Positions 50,861-61,316 of a stretch of 64,000 nucleotides of DNA are shown here, one piece after another (the stretch's first letter is position 1; each line of letters opens with the position of its first letter). Location of the stretch: NCBI RefSeq assembly GCF_000007005.1, contig NC_002754.1. One strand, given 5' to 3'. The DNA comes from Saccharolobus solfataricus P2. Its GTDB lineage: Archaea > Thermoproteota > Thermoprotei_A > Sulfolobales > Sulfolobaceae. A program made the translations under genes and the position numbers. The notes under the pieces are model-generated. The model searched no databases. It saw nothing but the letters and a program-made list of their open reading frames with translations, and was not told the origin of the DNA.

Positions 50861-52711
50861 ATGACAAGCGTTACCAACTCAGATAAGTTGCTAAGGAAAG
50901 AGTTAAGTCTCTTAGATCTGACCTTTTTATCTTTAAGTGCAATGATAGGTTCAGGTTGGTTACTAGCTTCCCTAAGCGTAGCATCCTTAGCTGGACCTTC
51001 TGGAGTTTTCTCTTGGACAATAGCTGGGATAATGGTAATGTTTATAGGGTTAGCTTACGCCGAACTCGGAAGTTCTATACCTAAAACTGGAGGGATAGTA
51101 AGATATCCATTTTATTCCCACGGAAGTTACACCGGATTTGTCATAGCGTTCCTATATCTTCTCTCGGCGATCTCTACACCTTCTATAGAGGCTTTGGCAA
51201 CGATTGAATACTTGACTAGTGTGAACCCTACTTTGAGTAAATTGCTTACTAACTCAACAGTTGTTAACGGCACACAAGTTACTGTATTAACGCTTCCCGG
51301 ATTACTTCTTTCAATCCTTCTATTATTTATCTATTTCGTAATAAATTATTATGGCATAAAGATCTTAGGGAAAACGAACTCGGCTATAACAGTTTGGAAG
51401 CTGATCATACCGGTTGTTACATTTATATTACTATTTTTTGCATTTAAATCAAATAACTTTACAAATTATGGAGGAATATTCCCACAAAGTGTTGCATCTA
51501 ATTACGTAGGTCCAGTTGGTATGCTGTATGCGATACCCTCGGCTGGGATAATTTACTCATATTTAGGGTTTAGACAACCAATAGAGTACTCTGGAGAGGC
51601 TAAAAATCCAGAAAAGAACGTATGGAGAGCCATAATTCTCTCAATAGTAATTGCCATACTAATTTACACTTTCCTACAAATAGCCTTTATAGGTGCAATA
51701 AATTGGGAATCTGCTAGAATAACCCCCGGCAATTGGTCAGCATTGCTAAATAGTAAGTGGGCTAATAGTCCATTTTACAGCGAGCTGGAAGCTGAGGGCA
51801 TAGCAGTGACTGGAGCCTGGGGATACGTACTATTAATAGATGCAATTCTATCTCCCACTGGAACTGGATTAGTCTATACTGGGACATCAGCTAGAACGCT
51901 TTATGGCCTATCAGCAGAAGAATATTTTCCATCAATATTTAAGAAATTAAATAGCTATAGGATTCCTATATGGTCCTTGGTTGGATCCTTAATAGCAAGT
52001 ATAATATTCCTACTTCCGTTTCCAAGTTGGTATTTGTTAGTTGGATTCAACTCCTCAGCTACCGTACTTACGTATATTATGGGTGGAATAGGTTTACAAA
52101 CGTTGAGGAAGACTGCTCCCGATTTAAAGAGAGGAATTAAGATACCATGGGCAAGTCTAGTAGCTCCAGTAGCTACAATAGTTTCATTGTTAATAGTGTA
52201 TTGGGCAGGGTTTACAACATTGTTTTATATCGTATCAATTTTATTTATTGGAATTCCAATCTTCTGGGTAAATTATGCTGTAAAGGTTCTAGGACTAAAG
52301 AAGTGGGTTGGTGTTAGCTTGGGAATAACACAGCTAATTGTAAATATCGCATTAACCATTTTTGGTTATTATAACCTAGTTTTGAATAACGATAGTCCTA
52401 TGTTATACTTCGTTTTATTCATATTGATGGAATTGGTGCCCTTGGTAGTAGCTTATCTAACTATAAACGATAATGGGAAAGTACACTTGAGGAGTGGATT
52501 TTGGCTTATGGGCTTAATTTTTACAATTTACATTATTAGTTATCTCAGTGAGTTTGGACCATTGGGTAGCTCTGCTCCTATAGAATTTCCTTATGATATT
52601 GCAATAATTTCGATAGTAGGTCTAATATTCCATTATCTAGCAGTTTTAAGCGGTTTCAGAACCAAGGAAATAGAGGAAATTATTGAGGATCAGAAGGAGA
52701 GAAGAGATTAA
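50861..52711 (+). CDS. APC-family amino acid permease
   Basis: MIGSGWL, YAELGS..PKTGG, YLGF...EAKNP. Confidence 0.92.
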   Translation: MTSVTNSDKLLRKELSLLDLTFLSLSAMIGSGWLLASLSVASLAGPSGVFSWTIAGIMVMFIGLAYAELGSSIPKTGGIVRYPFYSHGSYTGFVIAFLYLLSAISTPSIEALATIEYLTSVNPTLSKLLTNSTVVNGTQVTVLTLPGLLLSILLLFIYFVINYYGIKILGKTNSAITVWKLIIPVVTFILLFFAFKSNNFTNYGGIFPQSVASNYVGPVGMLYAIPSAGIIYSYLGFRQPIEYSGEAKNPEKNVWRAIILSIVIAILIYTFLQIAFIGAINWESARITPGNWSALLNSKWANSPFYSELEAEGIAVTGAWGYVLLIDAILSPTGTGLVYTGTSARTLYGLSAEEYFPSIFKKLNSYRIPIWSLVGSLIASIIFLLPFPSWYLLVGFNSSATVLTYIMGGIGLQTLRKTAPDLKRGIKIPWASLVAPVATIVSLLIVYWAGFTTLFYIVSILFIGIPIFWVNYAVKVLGLKKWVGVSLGITQLIVNIALTIFGYYNLVLNNDSPMLYFVLFILMELVPLVVAYLTINDNGKVHLRSGFWLMGLIFTIYIISYLSEFGPLGSSAPIEFPYDIAIISIVGLIFHYLAVLSGFRTKEIEEIIEDQKERRD

Positions 52712-53018
52712 TTGAAATAATGCTATTACGAATCCTAATGAAAACTTTTTAATCAAGAAACTATACCTTATTTTAGATCGATAAATCACACTGAAATAAT
52801 GAAAAGTAGAAATTATTTATTATAATGGCTTGGACTTTATAAAACAATTTTCAAAAACACATAATAACTAAAAATCATTTATTACATTTTGCTAGCATAT
52901 CAATTAATAAATTCCTTTTTTATATCGTTTTGACTTTTTCACCTAAAGAAAATTGTGAGTTAAGAAAATTTTAAAGCTGTGTTGGAATAAATTTTTATTC
53001 TGGGAAAACGAATTTATA

Positions 53019-54281
53019 TTGATGGAAGAAGTTCTAAGTTCGAGTCTATATACTCAACAAGTGAAAAAGTTATATAAAGTCGGAGAGTTGTTGGGCCTTG
53101 ATAATGAAACTTTAGAGACACTTTCTCAGCCCGAGAGAATAATTCAAGTTAAGATACAAATTAGGGGTTCTGACGGTAAATTAAAGACATTTATGGGGTG
53201 GAGGAGTCAACACAACTCCGCCCTAGGTCCCTATAAGGGAGGAGTGAGATATCATCCTAATGTTACGCAAGATGAGGTAGAAGCACTATCTATGATAATG
53301 ACGTGGAAGAACTCGTTATTGTTATTGCCATATGGAGGAGGAAAGGGTGGAGTTAGAGTAGACCCCAAAAAGTTAACTAGGGAAGAATTAGAACAATTAT
53401 CCAGAAAGTACATTCAAGCTATTTATAAATATTTGGGTAGTGAATTGGATATCCCAGCCCCAGATGTAAATACAGATTCACAAACCATGGCTTGGTTCCT
53501 GGATGAGTACATAAAGATAACCGGAAAAGTTGATTTCGCAGTGTTCACTGGGAAGCCGGTAGAGCTGGGTGGAATAGGGGTTAGGTTATATAGTACTGGA
53601 CTTGGAGTTGCTACCATAGCTAAGGAAGCTGCAAATAAGTTTATAGGAGGGGTTGAGGAGGCTAGAGTCATAATTCAAGGTTTTGGAAATGTTGGGTATT
53701 ATGCAGGTAAGTTCCTAAGTGAAATGGGAGCTAAAATAGTTGGAGTTAGCGATTCTAAAGGTGGAGTAATTAATGAGAAAGGAATAGATGTTGGAAAGGC
53801 TATTGAGATAAAGGAGAAAACTGGAAGTGTGATAAATTATCCTGAGGGAAGGAAGGTAACCAATGAGGAATTGTTAATATCGGATTGTGATATATTAATT
53901 CCAGCTGCCCTTGAAAACGTCATAAACAAGTTCAATGCTCCGAAGGTTAAGGCAAAGCTTATTGTAGAAGGTGCAAATGGTCCGTTGACAGCAGATGCTG
54001 ATGAAATAATGAGACAGAGGGGAATAGCAGTTGTACCAGATATACTCGCCAATGCTGGTGGAGTTGTTGGGAGTTATGTGGAATGGGCTAATAATAAAAT
54101 GGGAGAGATAATAAGCGATGAGGAAGCTAAGAAACTTATAGTCGATAGAATGAATAATGCCTTCAATACGCTATATGATTATCATCAGAAGAAGCTAGAA
54201 GATCATGACCTAAGAACTGCTGCAATGGCATTGGCAGTAGACAGAGTAGTAAGAGCTATGAAAGCTAGGGGCATATTATAA
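53019..54281 (+). CDS. gdhA: Glutamate dehydrogenase
   Basis: [40 protein letters not shown]. Confidence 0.97.
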
Positions 54282-54310
54282 CACTCTTTTTTATCCTTAT
54301 CTCTTTCCTT

Positions 54311-54613
54311 TTACTCGTAACCTACTATTAAAAGTCTGTCCTTAAGCTTATAAGAATAAAGAATTGTAAAATTAAAGCTACTTTTAGCCATGGATATAAG
54401 TTCGTCTTTTACTTTATCGTTGTTTATATCAGCTGGCACTATCACTACGTAATACTTAGCAAACGGTATAAAGGTTTTGAAAAATTTTTGGGCATCAACT
54501 ATCAGACCGGGACTAACGTACTTAACGAATTTCACACTTCCACTTTTACCTATCATTTCAATTAAGTTATCCTCAATGTATTCTGATAACTTATCAATTG
54601 GAAAAGCCGTCAT
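54311..54613 (-). CDS. Small Sulfolobales-type hypothetical protein (DUF4898-like), paralog A
   Basis: Similar to 56365-56715 (KFFKTFIP vs KFFTTFLP; Y/FVVI; S-x-KL; IVG/VIG). Confidence 0.65.
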   Translation of the reverse strand: MTAFPIDKLSEYIEDNLIEMIGKSGSVKFVKYVSPGLIVDAQKFFKTFIPFAKYYVVIVPADINNDKVKDELISMAKSSFNFTILYSYKLKDRLLIVGYE

Positions 54614-54730
54614 TGCATATACAATAATTTTCTACAGTAATAAGCATTTATGTATAATCCATGATTAGGAATATGTATAATTTATACAATTTGTAGTGCA
54701 ATCCTTAAATAGAAAAAATAAGTAGAAAGT

Positions 54731-56149
54731 TTACGCATGCTGCCCTGCCTTAATTACGTAATTTCTGGTGAATAGAGCCACTATAAGATTTAGGAACATT
54801 ATACCAACTGCAGCAGTATACATGTAATGAAAAGCTGAATAAGACGGCACTTGAGCTACTGGTACAATTTGGTTATTAAAGTCATATATTATCCAAGTAG
54901 TATAAGTGTCCATAAACACAGTTGAGATTACTGGACCAATTGAACTTCCGATGGTTCTTATTAAAGTGTTCATACCTATTCCTATTCCCCTTTGCTCCTC
55001 TGGTAAAGATACGGCAACCATGTTAACTAATGGAATCATAATATTGACTAATCCTACAGCAGTTATCATGACATCAACTACCACCTCATATATGCTATAC
55101 CTAAAAGTATCTAGAAGTAAATAGCCAACAATGCTAATTATAGAACCTATCATAAGTAATGGCTTAGGACCAATATTGTTAATTAACCTACCTACTATTG
55201 GTCCAACAATCATCATCACTAATGCTACCGGTGCCATTAAGAGCCCAGACTCTATTATTGATAAGCCTAGTCCATAAGGCTTAGGCAATTGAAGATAGTA
55301 AACTAGTCCCGTAAACATTAAAAACATTCCAGCTCCAGATATTAACCCAGCTATATTTGCGACCATTATATTCCTTATTCTAAATAGATCAAGTCTCATC
55401 AAGGGTTCGTTGGTTCTTCCCTCTACCCATAAAAATATGGGAAATGCTATTATTGAAATTACAATTAATAAGAATTGACTAGTTGAAGTCCAACCGACGT
55501 TAGGACCGTTAGATAAGTATACTAATAACGGAACCACTGTTAACATAAGGAACGTAGCTCCTAAATAATCTATCTTCTCCTTAGTCTTCTGGGGTATTTC
55601 GACTATGTACTTTGCGGAAACTATTACCAAAATTATCGATAATATAAACGCAGTATGAAATGCATAAGGCCATCCCAGATCTTGAACTATATAGGAACCA
55701 ACTAATAGTCCTAAGGCTGGGCCGGCTGCAAGTGTAGCACTTAAAATACCTTGAGCCCAGGCTACTCTCTCTTTGGGAAATAGGTCAGTTATAATCGCTA
55801 TCGCAAGAGGAAACGTTGCATAACCTAATCCTTGAATCGCCCTAGCGAAAATTAAAAAGTAGATGTTTGTTGAGAACCCAGCTAATAATACGGCTAGCGA
55901 ATAAAAGCCAATAGATAAGAGATAAACTTTCTTCTTTCCATACCTATCACCTAGCTTTCCAAAAAGCGGCGATGCAATTGCACCAACTATAAGATAAGCT
56001 GATGTAACCCACGCAACAGTTGTTGCTGTGGTAGAGAACTGATCTTCAATTTTCGGTAACGCAGGTATAACCATTGTCTCTACGTAATTTACTAAAGTTA
56101 GCATGAGAGTGAGGGTAATTAAAGTACGCATGGTTCCTTTTGGATCCAT
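54731..56149 (-). CDS. MFS transporter (14-TM, DHA2-like)
   Basis: GKLGDRYGKK, RAIQG, GPALG...G, EPLMRLDLF. Confidence 0.9.
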   Translation of the reverse strand: MDPKGTMRTLITLTLMLTLVNYVETMVIPALPKIEDQFSTTATTVAWVTSAYLIVGAIASPLFGKLGDRYGKKKVYLLSIGFYSLAVLLAGFSTNIYFLIFARAIQGLGYATFPLAIAIITDLFPKERVAWAQGILSATLAAGPALGLLVGSYIVQDLGWPYAFHTAFILSIILVIVSAKYIVEIPQKTKEKIDYLGATFLMLTVVPLLVYLSNGPNVGWTSTSQFLLIVISIIAFPIFLWVEGRTNEPLMRLDLFRIRNIMVANIAGLISGAGMFLMFTGLVYYLQLPKPYGLGLSIIESGLLMAPVALVMMIVGPIVGRLINNIGPKPLLMIGSIISIVGYLLLDTFRYSIYEVVVDVMITAVGLVNIMIPLVNMVAVSLPEEQRGIGIGMNTLIRTIGSSIGPVISTVFMDTYTTWIIYDFNNQIVPVAQVPSYSAFHYMYTAAVGIMFLNLIVALFTRNYVIKAGQHA

Positions 56150-56364
56150 AGAGTAAAGAACATTGTAAAGGCAAATAAATTTTTCGATATATCTTTTTCA
56201 ATAGACGTTGAGAAATAGCTTACAAAAATGTGAAAAGATAGCTTTTAGGAGTTTAAGAAGCTAGATAGAATTTCCCAGTAAGAAATAGTCTAGTCGTAAG
56301 TCTCCATTATTACTAGAAACAACTAAAGAAGTTAAATTAATATATAACTTTAAACAGATTATAC

Positions 56365-56715
56365 ATGATGAAGAAGTTGAGTGTTAAAGAACTTGGAGAC
56401 TATCTTGACGATGACTTATTAAAGCTTTTAAATAAAGAAGATATAAGACATATATACCTTATAAACGTGAAACTTATATCGAACTTCGAAAAATTCTTTA
56501 CCACGTTCCTTCCGGATAGTATAAAATATTTCGTAGTAATCTCTTCTGATTTGCCGATTAAGCTAATTAAGGAGAGTTTAGCTAGGGCTAAGGACGCTTT
56601 AGAAGTCTCTTGCTATATCTCATCAAAGTTACCCCCGAAATCAATGATAGTAATCGGATTAAAATCGGTAAGTAAGAAAGAAGAAGTAAAGGAACCTTCC
56701 AGTTCCCTTGCCTAA
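56365..56715 (+). CDS. Small hypothetical protein (DUF4898-like), paralog B
   Basis: Paralogous to 54311-54613. Confidence 0.65.
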   Translation: MMKKLSVKELGDYLDDDLLKLLNKEDIRHIYLINVKLISNFEKFFTTFLPDSIKYFVVISSDLPIKLIKESLARAKDALEVSCYISSKLPPKSMIVIGLKSVSKKEEVKEPSSSLA

Positions 56716-56725
56716 TCTTTTTTCC

Positions 56726-57223
56726 TTATTTTTTCTTCTTCCTATTTTGCAAAAGTATATATAGACCTAATGAAAATATTGCAACTAACACCATCACAAT
56801 AACCCTATTATTATAAAAAGTGTTTAAGGTTAATGATGACGAATAAGTAGGTATTAATGAGATATTTGTAAGGCTTTTATCAAAATTGCCATTATCGTTA
56901 ACTTGTACAGAGCTTATAGTAATATTTGCATAATAACTTCCATTATAAATTATTAAAAATGTACTGTTAATAATATAATAAGGTGCTATTATTTCAGAGA
57001 AATTCGTGCCATTCTTTATTGCTAATAATCCCCCAATTGTTTGAGGCTCTATTGTAAAATTCTTTACACTTATTATAAATTTTATACCAATCGTGGAGTT
57101 CTCAACATCTTGAACTAACGGAAAATTCTGGTTTACGTTAACGCGTATTATGTAATTGCCCAACATAAACGTTTTCGAAATTACTGCAATAATTGCTAGT
57201 ATTAGAAGTAATAAAAATCTCAT
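56726..57223 (-). CDS. Hypothetical surface glycoprotein
   Basis: N-terminal hydrophobic signal, Asn-rich, C-terminal TM followed by RKKKK. Confidence 0.65.
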   Translation of the reverse strand: MRFLLLLILAIIAVISKTFMLGNYIIRVNVNQNFPLVQDVENSTIGIKFIISVKNFTIEPQTIGGLLAIKNGTNFSEIIAPYYIINSTFLIIYNGSYYANITISSVQVNDNGNFDKSLTNISLIPTYSSSLTLNTFYNNRVIVMVLVAIFSLGLYILLQNRKKKK

Positions 57224-57279
57224 TATTGTTTCTACACTTTACTCCCCTTAATATAAGTTTTTTTAATATCCCAAGATTA

Positions 57280-57696
57280 ATGAAAATTATGGATATAATA
57301 GAACTCCTTAAATTCGAACATGGTGTATTTAGGATAAGATTCTATTTTTTAGAAAAAATTGGCGATTTCTGGCAGGAATTGGAAGCCCTACATAACTTTA
57401 TAGTTAATGTTCACGCTAAGATGGAGGACTTATACGTCTTTAAGGATATACCAGAAGCCAGGCCTTATTCGAATGATCATAAACTAATTGAGAAGTATGG
57501 GGACTCAATAATAAAGGAGAAGAGAAAAGATTGGGTACCCAGATATGTGAAGATAGTGTTAGATCATAACTTAAATGAGGAGAAATATATCTTTCCTAAG
57601 GTAAAGGAGAAAAAAGATCTAGTCTTGGATATAATTGAACAATATGGTTTTGAAAATTATCAAAAAGCCACTGGTATAGATATAAGAAATTTCTAA
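57280..57696 (+). CDS. Short hemerythrin-like (HHE) protein
   Basis: FEH, VHAKMED, DH, HNLNEEKYIFP. Confidence 0.8.
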   Translation: MKIMDIIELLKFEHGVFRIRFYFLEKIGDFWQELEALHNFIVNVHAKMEDLYVFKDIPEARPYSNDHKLIEKYGDSIIKEKRKDWVPRYVKIVLDHNLNEEKYIFPKVKEKKDLVLDIIEQYGFENYQKATGIDIRNF

Positions 57697-57971
57697 ATGT
57701 TATAGACAAAATTGCACGTCATGCATCTATACAGCCTTTTCTTTTTATTAAGCAATATAGCTCTTACTGAACCACATCTAGGACAGAGTGAGATAGCAAC
57801 TCTACCTTCTATGGTTTCGCCATCTGCAATTATTGTCTTATCATTTTCATGAGCTACATTCTCCTTTAATATTACTTTCTCTACATCATGATCAGAATAC
57901 CCACACTTACTACAAACCATTTTGTTACCTTTTACCTTCAAGAAAGAACCACATTTAGGGCAAAAACGCAT
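57693..57971 (-). CDS. tfs4: TFS/RpoM paralog of the TFS4 type (RNA polymerase inhibitor)
   Basis: Two Zn ribbons (CPKC/CSKC; CPRC/CMTC); the catalytic DE hairpin is replaced by NKKKR. Confidence 0.85.
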   Translation of the reverse strand: MRFCPKCGSFLKVKGNKMVCSKCGYSDHDVEKVILKENVAHENDKTIIADGETIEGRVAISLCPRCGSVRAILLNKKKRLYRCMTCNFVYNI

Positions 57972-57988
57972 ATCTAGAAATGAGTCTT

Positions 57989-58768
57989 TTAATCATAAAA
58001 GCTTGCGGCTAACATACTAACTCCGGGCCAAGGTGTGTCATATCCTAAAATCTCAGCCCTCTTCGGTTTAACAAACCCTAAGAGTATGTATAGAGTGTTT
58101 AAATTTCCTTCAGGCATAGCAGTTTGATATTCCTTAGGATATAGCTCGTTAATTCTTAATATTTTGTCAAATTCGCCAGATTTTATCATATCCATTAGTA
58201 TGATATCGAAGTTTGTAGGTTTAGGAGTTATCTTGAAGTAGAATAGGTCTAGTCTGTGAGTTGGTGAACCTGTAGCTAGGAATAATACTTTTCTTCCTAA
58301 TTTCTCTACCGCGTTTCTAATCTTTTCACCTATAGCATAGTGTGATTCTGGGCTATTGTCGGTAATGGATATTGTTACTACTTTTGGCTTATACTCGGGA
58401 AACATGAATAAAAGGGGAATCCACGCACCATGATCTAAACCCCATCTGTTATCCTCTTTTATGATTCCATCGGAAGCCATTACAATTTCGTTTACTAGTT
58501 CTACATCATTATATGCCTCATAACAATATTTGTAGGTCTCTTCTGGGAAACCGTAATAGTCTTGTATACACTCTAATTTCTCACTGTTTTCTATATAATA
58601 ATCCCCAGACCATGATATAAAATGAGGACTAGATACGATTATTGTATCTGGCTTATATTTTTCCATAACATCCTTTCCTATATTTCTGAGTAGATCCTTC
58701 CACTTATTTTCCTCAGTAAGGATAGTAGGGGAACCATGAGATATAAATAACCCAACTGTCATCATCAT
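57989..58768 (-). CDS. LigB/DODA-type extradiol ring-cleavage dioxygenase
   Basis: [22 protein letters not shown]. Confidence 0.88.
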   Translation of the reverse strand: MMMTVGLFISHGSPTILTEENKWKDLLRNIGKDVMEKYKPDTIIVSSPHFISWSGDYYIENSEKLECIQDYYGFPEETYKYCYEAYNDVELVNEIVMASDGIIKEDNRWGLDHGAWIPLLFMFPEYKPKVVTISITDNSPESHYAIGEKIRNAVEKLGRKVLFLATGSPTHRLDLFYFKITPKPTNFDIILMDMIKSGEFDKILRINELYPKEYQTAMPEGNLNTLYILLGFVKPKRAEILGYDTPWPGVSMLAASFYD

Positions 58769-59150
58769 ATCCTCTCACTAAGTTAAAATAAAAATCTAAG
58801 TTAACTTATGGTAACCAAGACTGAATCTTTTTATGTTCATATATGCTTGTTTTCCTTATCCTATTTTTCCAATTTTTATCACAAATATTTATAAATTTTG
58901 CTATATATTGTTGTGAAGACGTTAGTTTTCATATCTCCAGTTAGCGTTTATAGGAAAATCGTTACACTTTTACGTTACGTTAAAAATATATAATGAATCT
59001 TTCCTGGTTAGATGAAAAATGTTTATTGATAAGCTATAATATTAAGAAGTACAATGAAAGATATTTATAAATACATGGATAAATATTTTGACTTTTTATG
59101 ATAATGGAATATCCTAAAACTACTACTCCAGTCTTAAGGAAAATGTGGAT

Positions 59151-59300
59151 AACAATTTCATTCCTTTGAAACTTAGTTTAAATTGCCCTAATCACTTTCG
59201 GCAAATGCGTTTAATTCTACAAAACTTTTGAAGAAGATCATAATTATTGAATCTTTCCATTGTCAACATCTGAATCTTATGTTGAATTTAGAGCAAATTA
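59151..59300. repeat. Dispersed ~155-bp non-coding repeat, copy B
   Basis: Colinear with 9964-10120. Confidence 0.8.
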
Positions 59301-59372
59301 AGACTTAATCTAATTTGAAATTCTTACATTTTTATCGTAACTGTATAGTGATATTCGTCAGAAAATCTTTAA

Positions 59373-59786
59373 TTAGGGAAAGATGAAATATTTTGAGATT
59401 TCTGGAAAGTTTCTAATCCCCCTTAATAGTTTTTCATCTGCAGTTAATATTACGTCTCCTACTTTCTTTGCCAAAGCTATTAATGAAGCGTCATAAGTTG
59501 TTAAGCTATACTTTAAGCTAATCTCATAAGCAGTCCAAGTTAATTCCTTTCCACTTACTATCTTACAAAGATCAATATAAGATAAAGCCCTAAGTAATAT
59601 CTCATCTGCTTTCTCTCTACTTAGTTCATTCCTCACTATCCTTTTACGAATTACGTTAGGGAATTCATAAAATATTAGATCAAGAAAGTAACATTCCTCA
59701 ACTCTTTCAATCTCTCTCCTTATAAAATCGGTCATTTTCTCTGGAAAGTAAATTGCAAATAGGGCAGAAGTATCAATGATAGCCAT
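59373..59786 (-). CDS. vapC: VapC (PIN) toxin
   Basis: IIDTS, YEFPN, TYDA, TADEKL. Confidence 0.92.
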   Translation of the reverse strand: MAIIDTSALFAIYFPEKMTDFIRREIERVEECYFLDLIFYEFPNVIRKRIVRNELSREKADEILLRALSYIDLCKIVSGKELTWTAYEISLKYSLTTYDASLIALAKKVGDVILTADEKLLRGIRNFPEISKYFIFP

Positions 59787-60009
59787 CTCTATCTTCTCTT
59801 ACAAGTTCTGCTGAGGGCGAATAATATCCATGAGATTTTAAGAGTTCCTCTCTAATCCCGTTTGCCTCTCTTAATTCTCTCCTCATTTTTTCCTTCCTCA
59901 CGACCTCCTCTAAATACCTTCTAACTAGCTCCGGATAATCTATTCCTAGCTCCTCTAACTCCTTCTTTAACCTCTCGTCAACTCTTATCGATATAACAGT
60001 GCTAGTCAT
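59773..60009 (-). CDS. vapB: VapB antitoxin (RHH-type)
   Basis: VISIRVDERLKKELEELGI...SAELVREDRD; overlaps vapC. Confidence 0.85.
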   Translation of the reverse strand: MTSTVISIRVDERLKKELEELGIDYPELVRRYLEEVVRKEKMRRELREANGIREELLKSHGYYSPSAELVREDRDGYH

Positions 60010-60033
60010 AGTGTTTTCTTTTATTGTAAACAT

Positions 60034-60260
60034 TTAAAGTTTACCCAACATTATTGGTGTAAAGAGAGATGCCAATCTCCTAACCTTGGAAGGATCGTGA
60101 TGAATACCTGACTCATCCGTGAAAAACACCTTAACACCCTTCTTAATAACACCCTTTAACCTCTCCCTCAAGATGTTATCTGCGTTAAAGGGCCTCTTCT
60201 TGTTATATGGTTTTATGTAGGGGATTTTCAATCTCTTTCTAGCTATTCTCCAAGCTGTTA
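60034..60260 (-). pseudogene. IS630-family transposase fragment
   Basis: KPY.K.RP...VFFTDESG (first catalytic Asp). Confidence 0.7.
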
Positions 60261-60278
60261 CATGGCTTAATTTAACGT

Positions 60279-60592
60279 CAGTATGGGAATCTCATTTTTT
60301 GCGTAAAAAACGAGATGAATGAAATTCAGAAAAATCTAATTTTTGCTAATTTTTTGTAGAAAAGTTTGTATAAGCGAGGGCGGACCTAACTATATGCCAC
60401 AAACTAAAGGTGTTAAGCAAGCTAATAGGGACTTAGTCAAGTCCGCCCTCAAATACAATACTAGCTCAAATACTTTTCCCTTATGAACTTGAACAACTAC
60501 TGAGAACCCTGAAGTGGAGGTGGGCTAAGCTCCTCATCGAGCTTTAAGCCCAAAACGGCCTCACCCAGTCAGATCTGTATTACACAGGTCTG
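60279..60592 (+). mobile_element. Internally deleted ISC1200-like (ISH3) element, ~315 bp
   Basis: The first ~180 bp align with the reverse complement of 430-609 (CAGTATGGGAATCTC...AAAAGTTTGTATA...GTCCGCCCTCAA). The right boundary is approximate. Confidence 0.7.
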
Positions 60593-60674
60593 ACTAATAT
60601 GTTTTATATAAGGGCTGAATCCTTTCTCACGTTAATAGAAATCTTTTTATATTTATTTATTATCAACCAATTTT

Positions 60675-61316
60675 GTGGAGAGACTACTGAGACCTAAGGA
60701 GGCTTGCCAACTACTCGGCATTTCATACTCAACACTCCTACGGTGGATTAGAGAAGGAAAAATAAGGGTAGTAACGACTGAAGGAGGGAAGTATAGGATA
60801 CCTTACAGCGAGATTAAGAAGTACTTAGAGAAGAGGGAGGAAACAAGAGCTGTAATTTATGCAAGGGTCTCCTCTACCGATCAGAGAGAAGACTTGGAAA
60901 GACAAATAAACTACCTAACGAACTACGCAACGGCAAAGGGTTACAAGGTAGTTGAAGTACTGAAAGATATAGCTAGCGGGTTGAACACACAAAGGAAAGG
61001 ATTGCTTAAGTTATTCAAACTTGTTGAGGGGAGGAGTGTCGACATCGTATTAATAACATACAAAGACAGACTTACAAGATTTGGATTTGAGTACATTGAG
61101 GAGTTCTTCTCAACCATGGGAGTTAAGATTGAAGTAGTTTTTGGTGAGGAGCCCAAAGATGACGCACAAGAGCTAGTTGAGGACTTAATCTCAATCATTA
61201 CCTCATTCGCTGGGAAAATTTACGGTATGAGGAGTCACAAGAAAACACTCCTAGTTCAAGGTGTAAAAAAGTTGATAGGTGAGTTAAGTGGAGAGGACAG
61301 TGAAGTTAAGGGTTAA
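60675..61316 (+). CDS. tnpA: IS607 serine recombinase
   Basis: N-terminal MerR-like HTH, IYARVSS (catalytic Ser), DRLTRFG. Confidence 0.95.
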   Translation: MERLLRPKEACQLLGISYSTLLRWIREGKIRVVTTEGGKYRIPYSEIKKYLEKREETRAVIYARVSSTDQREDLERQINYLTNYATAKGYKVVEVLKDIASGLNTQRKGLLKLFKLVEGRSVDIVLITYKDRLTRFGFEYIEEFFSTMGVKIEVVFGEEPKDDAQELVEDLISIITSFAGKIYGMRSHKKTLLVQGVKKLIGELSGEDSEVKG

